From Christensenellales bacterium (GTDB lineage Bacteria; Bacillota; Clostridia; Christensenellales; SZUA-584), in contig JAXGMA010000001.1 of the NCBI GenBank assembly GCA_040768905.1, forward strand, positions 207,009 to 271,008: 64,000 nucleotides of DNA. The letters run 5' to 3'. This document shows, in pieces, positions 37,497-46,607 of the stretch (position 1 is the stretch's first letter; each line of letters opens with the position of its first letter). The notes beneath the pieces were generated by a model. The model was not told where the DNA came from. It did not search any database and worked only from the letters and a program-made list of their open reading frames with translations. Both the position numbers and the translations under genes were made by a program.

Positions 37497-37739
37497 ATGG
37501 ATACGCGTCAAACTGTCGCCTATCGAATTCGTGAGCTTTGCAGGGAGCGCGGCATTACGCCCAATGCTTTAAGCTATCTTGCCGCAGTTCCCCAATCGAC
37601 AATCAAAAGCATATTGAACGGAGAAAGCAGGAATCCCGGAATCGTCACTATTAAAAAGCTCTGTGACGGTCTGGATATCAGCGTGCGTGATTTTTTCGAT
37701 TCTGACCTGTTCCACAATCTCGAGCAGGAGATAAAATAG
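37497..37739 (+). CDS. XRE-family helix-turn-helix transcriptional regulator
   Basis: 80 aa. HTH_3-type sequence (IRELCRERGITPNALSYLAAVPQSTIKSILNGESRNPGIVTIKKLCDGLDISVRDFF). GGAGG RBS. Confidence 0.85.
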   Translation: MDTRQTVAYRIRELCRERGITPNALSYLAAVPQSTIKSILNGESRNPGIVTIKKLCDGLDISVRDFFDSDLFHNLEQEIK

Positions 37740-37798
37740 TTAAGCTTTGGTTGGGCAATCTTATTATCGAAAAGCAGATCAATTAATGTAAACATGTA

Positions 37799-37827
37799 TT
37801 GACAACATGACGTAAAAATATTACTAT
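37799..37827 (+). promoter_or_regulatory. candidate promoter of an orphan short transcription unit
   Basis: TTGACA (37799-37804), 17-nt spacer, TACTAT (37822-37827). Confidence 0.5.
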
Positions 37828-37833
37828 ATGAGA

Positions 37834-38005
37834 AGTAAAGAATAGCACTCCGAGCCTGAAAACCTAATGTAAAGGTGAAAAGCTATGGTAAAAGGCCGTC
37901 AGGGGTATACTGGAAACGGTAATACCCTCCCGTTTGGAAAGGAGCAGTATTTACACTTATTTTGTGTGTACAAACTGATCCTTATCAAAGGGGATCAGTT
38001 TTTTT
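37834..38005 (+). ncRNA. unassigned structured RNA, leader or sORF transcript (class unknown)
   Basis: Bounded by a promoter and a strong terminator. Contains a 10-bp hairpin with a GAAA tetraloop (GGGTATACTG-GAAA-CGGTAATACCC, about 37903-37927). No motif of a riboswitch class I know. Confidence 0.25.
37975..38005 (+). terminator. intrinsic terminator
   Basis: CTGATCC-ttatcaaag-GGATCAG followed by T7. Confidence 0.8.
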
Positions 38006-38130
38006 GATTGAGGCTGGTGCGGGGATTAAGTGCGTATGCTCATCGAAGGTTTGCATTAAAAAAACCAGACGGCAGGCAAAGCTCAATGAGCAATATTGAG
38101 ATGACAATATTATTTCAGGAGGATTTATAT

Positions 38131-39081
38131 ATGCTGTCGTTACCGAACAAAGCCGAGCGTCCGACCCTATATTTTATAGGCGTGACCACTCAAAAATCGT
38201 CTATCATGGAAGTGTTCCCAAAGTGGGCAAAGGCGCTGGGTATCGATGCCGAAATAAAGGGCATCGATATCGCCATTCATGCGGACAAGCAGGATTATAT
38301 CGATTGCGTGGAATTTATAAAAAACGATCCGCTCTCTGCGGGCGCTTTGGTGACAACGCACAAGCTTGACATTTTCAAAGCCGCCAAACAGCTCTTTGAT
38401 TATGTCGATCCTTATGCGCAAAAGCTTGAAGAGATCTCCTGCATCTCCAAGAAGGACGGCCAGTTCTGCTGCCACGCGAAAGACCCAATCTCGAGCGGAT
38501 TGGCGATGTCTGCGTTCGTTCCGGTGAACTTCTGGGAAGAACACGGCGGACAGGTGCTGCTTTTGGGCGCCGGCGGCAGTGCGCTTGCCATGTCGCTGTA
38601 TTTAACGCACGAGGCATGGCGGCACAATGTCCCGTCAAAGATCATCATTGCGAACCGCTCTGTGCCCAGGCTGCAGGAGGCCGAAAAAAAGCTTGCCGGA
38701 GTCAGCAAGAAAACAGTTTTTGAGTTTATACACGGGCCGACGGCACAAGACAATGATAAAATATTGGAAAGCTTAAAGCCTTATTCGCTGATCGTGAATG
38801 CGACCGGCCTTGGCAAGGATGCCCCGGGCTCACCGATCACGGATGCAGCTGTTTTTCCGATGAACAGCCTTGCCTGGGAGATCAATTACAGGGGCAAGCT
38901 CAACTTCATGCAGCAGGCGAAACGCCAGAAAACAAAAAGAAAGCTGCACGTGGAAGACGGGTGGATCTACTTCATACACGGCTGGACACAGGTGGTGGCC
39001 GAAGTGTTCCACACACCGATAACCGGCGATAAATTCAAACGGTGCAACGCCATTGCTATGAGGATGCGCGCTAAGAACTGA
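38131..39081 (+). CDS. shikimate/quinate dehydrogenase-like NAD(P)-binding protein
   Basis: ATG at 38131 follows AGGAGG. ALVTTHK, LLLGAGGSALAM, IVNATGLGKD resemble the AroE family, but the N-terminal half is divergent. Confidence 0.55.
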   Translation: MLSLPNKAERPTLYFIGVTTQKSSIMEVFPKWAKALGIDAEIKGIDIAIHADKQDYIDCVEFIKNDPLSAGALVTTHKLDIFKAAKQLFDYVDPYAQKLEEISCISKKDGQFCCHAKDPISSGLAMSAFVPVNFWEEHGGQVLLLGAGGSALAMSLYLTHEAWRHNVPSKIIIANRSVPRLQEAEKKLAGVSKKTVFEFIHGPTAQDNDKILESLKPYSLIVNATGLGKDAPGSPITDAAVFPMNSLAWEINYRGKLNFMQQAKRQKTKRKLHVEDGWIYFIHGWTQVVAEVFHTPITGDKFKRCNAIAMRMRAKN

Positions 39082-39206
39082 TAATAAAGCAATGACGGCG
39101 CTCAAAGCTGCCCCTGCTTATTATCACCCGTCCGAATAAGAAATATTGCTGGCAAAAGCATCACGCAATCGGGTACAATCAACGTATCAAACAAGGAGGA
39201 GATAAA

Positions 39207-39695
39207 ATGAGCGAAACACTCAAAAACCTGATGGAGGCCTTTGCGGGCGAATCACAGGCCAACAGAAAATACACAGCCTATGCAAAGCGTGCCGAAGCAG
39301 AGGGCAAAACAAACGCCGCCAAGCTGTTCAGGGCAGCAGCCGATGCCGAAACGCTGCATGCTTTAAAGCACTTTGAAGTGGCAGGCAAAATCGGCGATAC
39401 CGCGGGGAACTTACAGGATGCCGTTTCCGGTGAGACGCATGAATATAAAGATATGTATCCCGATTTTGTCACAACAGCGCAGGCCGAGGGCAACAAAGCC
39501 GCGGTGCGCACATTCACATATGCCATGAAGGCTGAAGAAGTACACGCCAGGCTGTATGCGGAGGCGCTTGAGAATCTCTCAGAGGCCAAAGAGGTGTTCT
39601 ATTATCTTTGCCCGGTCTGCGGAAACATTGAAAAAGAAAGGCCGGCAGCGTGTGCCATCTGCGGCGCATCGGGTGAAAAGTTCATCAAGTATTAG
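39207..39695 (+). CDS. rbr: rubrerythrin
   Basis: 162 aa. Diiron ExxH helices (AFAGESQANRKY, EETLHA...) and a C-terminal rubredoxin-like CPVCG...CAICG. Confidence 0.9.
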   Translation: MSETLKNLMEAFAGESQANRKYTAYAKRAEAEGKTNAAKLFRAAADAETLHALKHFEVAGKIGDTAGNLQDAVSGETHEYKDMYPDFVTTAQAEGNKAAVRTFTYAMKAEEVHARLYAEALENLSEAKEVFYYLCPVCGNIEKERPAACAICGASGEKFIKY

Positions 39696-39963
39696 CGGAT
39701 CGATCCATCAAGCTGCCTTGTGCGCTTTTGATGACAGCGGGCATAAGCAAGATGGGCGGCGGCTGCCATCAGGGCGGCCGTTTTGCGTGTTGCCCTTTTG
39801 CCCATACGCTTAAATTATGATATAATAATAAAAAAAGATATTTTAAAATCCCAAGGCGACTGCGGCGGCAATCGTTCCAATGCGATTAGACTGAACCCAA
39901 AAATCTTTTTTCCCGAATGATGCATGCAAAGCCGCATACAATATAAAAAAGGAGTTGAAATAT

Positions 39964-40362
39964 ATGTTTAAGCTGGACAAAAGCCCAAAAATGCCGACAG
40001 ATAGAACAGAGTTCTGTATATCTGCAGAATCGGTGATCACAGGCAGCATACAGACAAAAAGCGATATCAGAGTAGACGGCCAGATCAAAGGTGATCTTGA
40101 TACATCGGGCAACGTATACGTTGGGAAAACGGCGAAAGTAGACGGTAACATTTCGGGAATGGATATTCACTTGGCAGGTGTCGTAAACGGCCAGATCAAC
40201 GCAGCCGGAGAGGTGATGCTCTACGCAGACGCCCAGCTTGCCGGTGACATCAAAGCCGCCGGTATCAGGGTGGAAAAAGACACAAGGTATGAGGGAAAGA
40301 TCTCGATCGGAATGAACGCTCCGATGCAGGCTCCAGATATCGACAAGCAAGAAGAGCAATAG
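39964..40362 (+). CDS. bactofilin family cytoskeletal protein
   Basis: Beta-helical repeat pattern (VITGSIQTKSDIRVDGQIKGDL...VYVGKTAKVDGNISG...). The ATG at 39964 is 9 nt after GGAG. Confidence 0.85.
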   Translation: MFKLDKSPKMPTDRTEFCISAESVITGSIQTKSDIRVDGQIKGDLDTSGNVYVGKTAKVDGNISGMDIHLAGVVNGQINAAGEVMLYADAQLAGDIKAAGIRVEKDTRYEGKISIGMNAPMQAPDIDKQEEQ

Positions 40363-40543
40363 CCGCGCATCCTGGCTGCCAGATGGTTTGTTTTATGCAG
40401 TATGGGGAAGCTTTTATCAGCGTATTCTGCTGCGCCCCGGGCTTTTTTGTGGCTCAGGGGCTTTTTCGATTATAGCAGTATTCTGTAGAAAAACAGCGTG
40501 TTATAAGATATACTTTTGTATATATTGCGCAAGGAGAGCCCGC

Positions 40544-42184
40544 ATGAAAAAGTTTTGCTACGTATCATATGAGGACAGACAAGACATAAAGACCGAATTC
40601 GACGCAAGTACGCTGCTGTGGCAAATCGCGAGGGATTTTGGCGCACATGAAGCCATCTGCGCGCTTGCATCCGGGCACATCGTGTCGCTTTCCGATCCGC
40701 CTGAGCACGGTGCAAGCATACGTTTTTTAAAGCCCACAGAGCACGAACAGGCTGCGCGCGTGTATATGCGCGGGATTACGTTCGTCATATACCGCGCTGC
40801 AAAAGAGCTCTTTCCGGAAAGGCAGCTGCTTGTGGACCATATGCTGTGCGGCGGCATGTACTGCGAGCTTGGCAAGCTTGGGAAGGCAGACATTGATGCG
40901 CTTGAGCAGCGTACAGAAGAACTGATCAAAGAAGACGAGGAATTTGTTTTAAAACTCATGCGTGTCGACGAAGCCAAGGAAATCATGCTGCATGAAGGCC
41001 TTTTGGAGAAGGCTGCGCTGCTGGATTTTCGTCCGTTTGATTATTACAGGCTGTATCTGTACGGAGGCCTGCATAATTATTTTCACGGCATTATGCCCAA
41101 AAGTGCGGGGTATCTGAGAGAAGCGCATATATACGGTTATGGGGATGGTTTTATCATAAAATACCCAACGCCGTATACAGAAGCGCATACCCCCATCATC
41201 AGCCAGCCAAAGTACAGCGAGGTGTTTGCGCAGGCGGAGCGGTGGGCCAAAGAGCTATCCGCATCGTCAGTGGCCGACATCAACAACCTGTTCAGAGGCG
41301 GGGTCATTGCAGATTTTATCCGCATCAATGAGGCGCTGCACGAACGTACCATCGCGGAGATTGCCCGGCAGATCGTCTCGAGAAGCGGTGTGCAGGTCGT
41401 GCTTGTGGCAGGGCCGTCCTCATCAGGCAAAACGACATTTTCCTCACGGCTTGCGGTGCATTTAAGGGCGCTTGGAAAAAAATGCAGGCCCATATCTGTC
41501 GATGACTATTACAAAGATAAAAGCAGTCAGCCAAAGGATGAAAACGGCCAGTATGATTTTGAGGCCCTTGAAGCGCTCGATATCCAGAAGCTGGATGAGG
41601 ATCTGCTCTTGCTGCTTTCAGGGCAGGAGGCCCAGTTGCCGCGCTATGATTTTATGTTGGGAATGCGGAAAAAAGAAACCACGCCGCTGCGTATAGACGG
41701 CGACATCCTGATCATAGAAGGCATACACGGGCTCAACGATGCGCTCACAAAAGACATCGACGGCCGGTATAAATTCAAAATTTTTATTTCCCCGCTGACC
41801 ACGCTCAATATTGACAGCCACAGCGTTCTGATGCCGGAGGATCTAAGGCTGCTCCGGCGCTTGGTGCGCGACAAACGCACGCGCGGATTTTCGTTTGCCC
41901 AGACTATTTCAGTCTGGGACAGTGTACGGCGCGGCGAATACAAATACATCCTGCCGTATCAGGAAACCGCTGACGTGATGTTTAATTCCACACTGCTTTA
42001 TGAACCGCTCATACTCAAAAAATACGCATACAGCGATCTGCGATGGTTCACGCCCGATATGCCAAACTATCCCGAAGCCCTGGGGCTGCTCAAATTCCTG
42101 AATTATTTTTTGAGCCTCGGTGATGAAAGTGCCATACCGCAGGTAAGCATACTGCGTGAATTTATAGGGGAACAAAACGGTTGA
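40544..42184 (+). CDS. uridine kinase-family P-loop protein with long N-terminal extension
   Basis: ATG at 40544 follows AAGGAGAG. Walker A GPSSSGKTT, ISVDDYY, EGIHGLN. Confidence 0.65.
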   Translation: MKKFCYVSYEDRQDIKTEFDASTLLWQIARDFGAHEAICALASGHIVSLSDPPEHGASIRFLKPTEHEQAARVYMRGITFVIYRAAKELFPERQLLVDHMLCGGMYCELGKLGKADIDALEQRTEELIKEDEEFVLKLMRVDEAKEIMLHEGLLEKAALLDFRPFDYYRLYLYGGLHNYFHGIMPKSAGYLREAHIYGYGDGFIIKYPTPYTEAHTPIISQPKYSEVFAQAERWAKELSASSVADINNLFRGGVIADFIRINEALHERTIAEIARQIVSRSGVQVVLVAGPSSSGKTTFSSRLAVHLRALGKKCRPISVDDYYKDKSSQPKDENGQYDFEALEALDIQKLDEDLLLLLSGQEAQLPRYDFMLGMRKKETTPLRIDGDILIIEGIHGLNDALTKDIDGRYKFKIFISPLTTLNIDSHSVLMPEDLRLLRRLVRDKRTRGFSFAQTISVWDSVRRGEYKYILPYQETADVMFNSTLLYEPLILKKYAYSDLRWFTPDMPNYPEALGLLKFLNYFLSLGDESAIPQVSILREFIGEQNG

Positions 42185-42241
42185 ATCAAAACTGTATAAA
42201 TCTGCCCTGTCTTGACCAAAATAGTTACGCAAAGGAGGCAG

Positions 42242-42481
42242 ATGATGAGAAAACTATGGATTTTGGTTGTTGCCTTGATGCTGAGTTTGGCTTTCCTCAC
42301 AGGATGCGGAGAGAACAAACCGCCTGAGGAAACCGTTGTACCGACAGTGACCACAGTGCCGACGATCACAATGGCGCCGGCCACTCCGACTCCTGACTTA
42401 ACGCCGCAGGAAACCCCTTCGCCTGAACCTGTCGAAGATGAGGAGGAAGAGGAGGAACCGCCTTTAGAAAGTGAATCTTAA
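42242..42481 (+). CDS. small secreted lipoprotein, Pro/Thr/Glu-rich
   Basis: MMRKLWILVVALMLSLAFLTGC lipobox, then low-complexity PT- and E-rich sequence. Confidence 0.6.
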   Translation: MMRKLWILVVALMLSLAFLTGCGENKPPEETVVPTVTTVPTITMAPATPTPDLTPQETPSPEPVEDEEEEEEPPLESES

Positions 42482-42653
42482 AGCGGCAGCGAGAGACCTT
42501 ATGCCATGAAAAAGATGTTCTTAAAAGCAGGGCATCTTTTTTATCCCCTATTATGATCCGAAAAAGAGAAGGGTTGGCGCTGCCCCATCATTGGCCGGCA
42601 GTGCGCACAGCGCGCTCAGTACATAAAAAATGCGTGTGGCAGCACATTTTTTC

Positions 42654-42683
42654 TTGCCAGAGCGCTTTTGATTATGTTATAAT
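42654..42683 (+). promoter_or_regulatory. candidate rplS promoter (followed by about 90-nt structured leader)
   Basis: TTGCCA (42654-42659), 18-nt spacer, TATAAT (42678-42683). The leader contains GC-rich pairing segments (GGCGGTCCGCTTTCCGCAAAGCGCAGCAAGCGCTG). Confidence 0.5.
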
Positions 42684-42776
42684 CCTTTGGTTGATTTAGG
42701 GCGGTCCGCTTTCCGCAAAGCGCAGCAAGCGCTGTAAAGACGGTTATGAACGCCTGTATTGGGAGGAGGAATCAGC

Positions 42777-43124
42777 ATGAGCCAGATCATCAAGGCTATT
42801 GAGCAGGAACATATGAGAAATGACCTGCCCGAGCTTAAAATCGGCGATCTCGTCAAGGTGTTTGTTAAGGTCATAGAAGGTACAAGAGAACGCCTTCAGG
42901 GCTTTGAGGGGTACATCATCGCGCGCAAAGGCGGCGGCCTTAAAGAGACGATCACCGTGCGCCGCGTGTCGTTCGGCATCGGTATAGAACGGACTTTTCC
43001 GATCCATTCGCCAAAGATCGCGAGCATCGAAAAAGTGCGCAGCAGCAAGGTGCGGCGCGCCAAGCTTTTCTACCTGCGCGACAGAGCGGGCAAGGCGGCC
43101 AAACTCAAGGGAAAAAGATACTAA
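42777..43124 (+). CDS. rplS: 50S ribosomal protein L19
   Basis: [28 protein letters not shown]...; the ATG at 42777 follows GGGAGGAGG. Confidence 0.95.
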   Translation: MSQIIKAIEQEHMRNDLPELKIGDLVKVFVKVIEGTRERLQGFEGYIIARKGGGLKETITVRRVSFGIGIERTFPIHSPKIASIEKVRSSKVRRAKLFYLRDRAGKAAKLKGKRY

Positions 43125-43126
43125 AA

Positions 43127-43156
43127 GAGGAAGCCATTGCGGCTTCTTTTCTTTTT
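43127..43156 (+). terminator. intrinsic terminator after rplS
   Basis: GGAAGCC-attgc-GGCTTCT followed by TTTCTTTTT. Confidence 0.6.
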
Positions 43157-43199
43157 ATCACAGCAGCGGAGCGTAAGTTCCCCAAAACCGGAGGGGTTT

Positions 43200-44048
43200 A
43201 TGGATATTCAATGGTATCCCGGTCACATGGCCAAAACACGGCGGCAGATCGCGGAAAAGCTCAAGCTCATCAGCATTGCCGTGATCGCGGTGGATGCGCG
43301 CGCGCCGCAAAGCACGATGAGCCCGGATCTGTTAGAACTGCTTGCGGGAAAAACATGCGTCATACTGCTCAATAAAAGCGATCTTGCGGATGAAGCGCAG
43401 ACAAAAATATGGGAGGCGTATTACCGCCGTACATACGGGCATGCACTCAGCTTCAGCGCAACCAAAGACAGCTCAAAAAAGCTGTTCTCCTTATTAAACG
43501 CTGCTGCGGCGCCCATCAAAAAACGTTTTACGGAGAAAGGCATGCGCAAAACCATACGCGTGCTTGTCGCGGGCGTACCCAACGTGGGCAAATCCGCCAT
43601 TATCAACCGGCTCAAAGGCAGGAAGAGCGCAAAAGAGGGCGACAAGCCCGGCGTCACGCGCGGATTGCAGTGGGTGCGCTTGTCGGACGACCTTGAGCTG
43701 CTCGATTCTCCCGGCTTGCTCTGGCCAAAGATCGAGTCGCAGGATGCAGCGGCAAAGATAGCTGTTTTGGGAAGCTTAAAGCACGAGGTGCTCGACCAGA
43801 CAGCACTCTCACTCTCACTGATAGGCATGCTGCGCACTGCGGCGCCGGGCGCGATTAGGGCCCGCTATGGTGTCGATACGGGCCAAGAAAACCATACAGT
43901 GCTTGAGGAGATCTGTAAGAAAAGAGGTTTTTTACAAAAACAGGGCGAAATAGATACAGAGCGCGGCGCGAAAACGCTGCTTGATGAATTCAAAGGGGGG
44001 CGGCTCGGGCGTATCACGCTCGAACGCTGCGGCGAGCATGAAGCATGA
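43200..44048 (+). CDS. rbgA: ribosome biogenesis GTPase A (YlqF/RbgA)
   Basis: MDIQWYPGHMAKTRRQI. Circularly permuted GTPase motifs (NKSDL, GVPNVGKS). Confidence 0.9.
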   Translation: MDIQWYPGHMAKTRRQIAEKLKLISIAVIAVDARAPQSTMSPDLLELLAGKTCVILLNKSDLADEAQTKIWEAYYRRTYGHALSFSATKDSSKKLFSLLNAAAAPIKKRFTEKGMRKTIRVLVAGVPNVGKSAIINRLKGRKSAKEGDKPGVTRGLQWVRLSDDLELLDSPGLLWPKIESQDAAAKIAVLGSLKHEVLDQTALSLSLIGMLRTAAPGAIRARYGVDTGQENHTVLEEICKKRGFLQKQGEIDTERGAKTLLDEFKGGRLGRITLERCGEHEA

Positions 44049-44661
44049 GGAAAAAGAACGGCTGCTTGCCATGTGCCGCTATGAGCAGCCGTATTGGGAA
44101 AGAGGGCTGTTGGTGGCTGGTATCGACGAAGCCGGCCGGGGGCCGCTTGCCGGGCCTTGTGTGGCGGCTGCCGTGATTTTGCCGCCCGGCTGCCTGATAG
44201 CCGGTATCAATGATTCTAAAAAAATTTCCGAAGTGCGGCGCGAGTCACTTTTCGAACAGATCAAGGCGCAGGCAGTCTGTTATGCTGTCGGCATCGCAGA
44301 TAACCAGCTTATTGACCAGATCAACATATTAAAGGCGGCGCAGCGCGCATTTGCGCAGGCGCTTGACGATCTGTCCCAAAGGCCGGCGTTTGTGTTTTCC
44401 GACCGCATCGGCGGTATTGATACCGGATTGCCCTATGAGGAGATCACAGGAGGAGACAGACTGTGTTACAGCGTTGCGGCAGCGTCCATTGTTGCCAAAG
44501 TCACGCGGGACCGCATGATGCGCGAATTTGACGCGTTGTACCAGGGCTACGGTTTTGCGAAACACAAAGGCTACGGCACGCGCCAGCACATGCAAGCCAT
44601 CGCTGCCAAAGGCGTCTGTTCGATCCACCGCACGACGTTTATAAAGCGCCTGTCGGGATGA
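44038..44661 (+). CDS. rnhB: ribonuclease HII
   Basis: VAGIDEAGRGPLAGP, DSKK motifs. Start overlaps the rbgA stop. Confidence 0.9.
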   Translation: MKHEEKERLLAMCRYEQPYWERGLLVAGIDEAGRGPLAGPCVAAAVILPPGCLIAGINDSKKISEVRRESLFEQIKAQAVCYAVGIADNQLIDQINILKAAQRAFAQALDDLSQRPAFVFSDRIGGIDTGLPYEEITGGDRLCYSVAAASIVAKVTRDRMMREFDALYQGYGFAKHKGYGTRQHMQAIAAKGVCSIHRTTFIKRLSG

Positions 44662-45011
44662 ACATGAGAAAAAAGGGAGACCGCGGCGAAGCGCAGGCGG
44701 CGGCCTACCTTGAAAAAGCAGGCTGCACCATACTTGCGAAGAACCACTGTATCCGAGGCGGGGAAGTAGATATCATATTTTCTCAAGATGGTGTCAATGT
44801 GTTCTGCGAGGTCAAGCTGCGCACGCAGCAGCTTTTCGGCACGGGCGCGGAGGCGGTCAACACCATCAAGCAAAGGCACATCTGTAAGGCTGCGCTTGAC
44901 TGGGCATGTAAAAACGAATGCGCCGACAGCCTCATGCGGTTTGATGTGATTGAGATAAACGGAGGGCAAATCAGGCATATTAAAAACGCGTTTGAGTATT
45001 TGGAAGAATAA
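44658..45011 (+). CDS. yraN: YraN-family (UPF0102) endonuclease-like protein
   Basis: 117 aa. GEAQAAAYLEKAGCTIL...GGEVDIIF...FCEVK. ATGA overlap with rnhB. Confidence 0.8.
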   Translation: MNMRKKGDRGEAQAAAYLEKAGCTILAKNHCIRGGEVDIIFSQDGVNVFCEVKLRTQQLFGTGAEAVNTIKQRHICKAALDWACKNECADSLMRFDVIEINGGQIRHIKNAFEYLEE

Positions 45012-45148
45012 AAAGGGAGAGCCTCACAAAATGCATTAAGCATGCAAAAAAAGTTGATGTCAGCCATTTTTTTGATATAATAGGGAACGAGAACGGCAGG
45101 CAAACAGCCTATACTGTTTGAGCCTTTAAGGAGCGACGCAGGAGTTTC

Positions 45149-46603
45149 ATGCGCAGATTTATTTTTTTTGTCATTCCGGCTCTTATACTCATTTTGCTGC
45201 CTGTGCAAAACGCTATGGCACAGGAGGCTTTTCGGCCGTCATATGCGACAGGGCCCCAAACAATGTTTGCGACGGTCCTGACGGTTGTTGTTGCTGCGCT
45301 TTTTGTTGTGGTTTGTGTGCTGCTCATCATCCGCAAGGGGCGCTTCGAGGAAAGCGGGCGCATCTGGCATGTGTTTTTGCTGGTCATTCTTCTTGCTTTG
45401 GCGCTGCGTATCATGGCCGCGCTTGTCTACAAAGGCTTTGAGACAGATATCGCGTGTTTCAAGGGATGGGCGATCGGTGTGCATGAACAAGGATTAGCGG
45501 ATTTCTACACATCCGGGCTGTTTGCGGATTATCCGCCGGGCTATATGTATGTGCTTGGGCTGCTTGGCTGGCTGCGTGAGGTTTTTTCGATAGAGCCAGC
45601 CGGGACACTGTTCACACTGATCATCAAGCTGCCTTCTATTGCCGCCGAAGTATTGACAGCTCTGGTTGTCTATAGGGCCGCATCCCGGGAAATCGGTAAA
45701 ATGTTCGGCCTGCTCTGCGCGTCATTTTTACTTTTCAATCCTGCGCTTTTCTTTAACAGCAGCGTCTGGGGGCAGATCGATAATTTCTTCATATTGTTTG
45801 CCGTGCTCACTTTGTATTATCTTAGAAAAGACAACCCGTATCTTGGCGCGCTGTTTTTTGCTGCCGCGCTGCTCATCAAACCGCAGGCAATCATGCTTGC
45901 GCCTGTAATCGGGCTGTGCTACTTATATCCGATATTCAAAAAAGCAAACTTTTGGCGCGGGGCAGCCGGGATTTTTGGAGGCGCGGCCATTGCGGCTGCG
46001 GTTTTTACAGCGGGCGTGCTGCCCTTTATGAAAGAAAAAACATTTGCCTATACAGCAGGCTGGATATACGAGCATTACAGAGGCGTTATTGAATCGTATC
46101 AGTTTGCATCGGTCAATGCCTTTAATCTTTTTGCACTCACAGGCGGAAACTGGGTGCAAAGCGATCAACCTTTATGGCTGCTCACCTATCAGACCTGGGG
46201 CTATATATTTATCGGGCTTAGCTGCGCAGCAGTCATCATACTGCAGTGGCGCGCGCGCGCGCGCAGGCGCACGTTTGATCTGGCGGCCTTCTTGGTGGTG
46301 TCAGTATTCATGCTCGCACACTCCATGCATGAACGATATATACTGCCTGCATGTGTTTTTTTGCTTTTTGCGTATGTGTATACGAGAGACAGTACCACCT
46401 TGCTGTATGGAGCCGCTTTTTCCGTGACGGCGCTTTTCAACCAAATGGTCGTGCTCTATGCGGACAGCATGCTTGCCCCGCTTATGCCCACGCTTGCGAT
46501 CGCCGCAGCCAACGTGGCGCTGTATCTTGGTTTTGCGGTGCATATGGCAAAGCGGCTTTTCAGCGGCGCCGTGGTCATAAAAGCGCCTGCGATGGACGGT
46601 TGA
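45149..46603 (+). CDS. polytopic GT-C-fold membrane glycosyltransferase (Gpi18/PMT-related)
   Basis: 484 aa, more than 10 TM. Early loop with D/E residues and FADYPPGYMYVLG, as in the mannosyltransferase-like COG families. Confidence 0.55.
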   Translation: MRRFIFFVIPALILILLPVQNAMAQEAFRPSYATGPQTMFATVLTVVVAALFVVVCVLLIIRKGRFEESGRIWHVFLLVILLALALRIMAALVYKGFETDIACFKGWAIGVHEQGLADFYTSGLFADYPPGYMYVLGLLGWLREVFSIEPAGTLFTLIIKLPSIAAEVLTALVVYRAASREIGKMFGLLCASFLLFNPALFFNSSVWGQIDNFFILFAVLTLYYLRKDNPYLGALFFAAALLIKPQAIMLAPVIGLCYLYPIFKKANFWRGAAGIFGGAAIAAAVFTAGVLPFMKEKTFAYTAGWIYEHYRGVIESYQFASVNAFNLFALTGGNWVQSDQPLWLLTYQTWGYIFIGLSCAAVIILQWRARARRRTFDLAAFLVVSVFMLAHSMHERYILPACVFLLFAYVYTRDSTTLLYGAAFSVTALFNQMVVLYADSMLAPLMPTLAIAAANVALYLGFAVHMAKRLFSGAVVIKAPAMDG

Positions 46604-46607
46604 GCCG

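Noticed and set aside
37834-37975. Assigning the orphan leader to T-box, SRP RNA or a known riboswitch class
   Set aside because: It has no T-box (GGTGGNACCGCG-like) sequence or specifier architecture. The GGAAAGGAGCAG stretch only superficially resembles the SRP domain IV GGAAGGAAGCAGC, and the flanking helix does not fit. No purine, TPP, SAM, FMN, c-di-GMP, ykkC or ZTP core motifs are present. It is left unassigned.
39843-40359. 102-aa and 157-aa minus-strand ORFs opposite the bactofilin gene
   Set aside because: The plus-strand frame shows the characteristic bactofilin beta-helix repeat and an RBS. The antisense ORFs lack any signal.
42412-42475. GAG/GAA-rich repeat (gaggaggaagaggaggaa) as a possible regulatory or slippery repeat
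   Set aside because: It simply encodes the acidic EDEEEEEE tail of the small lipoprotein and has no periodic structure beyond codon repetition.
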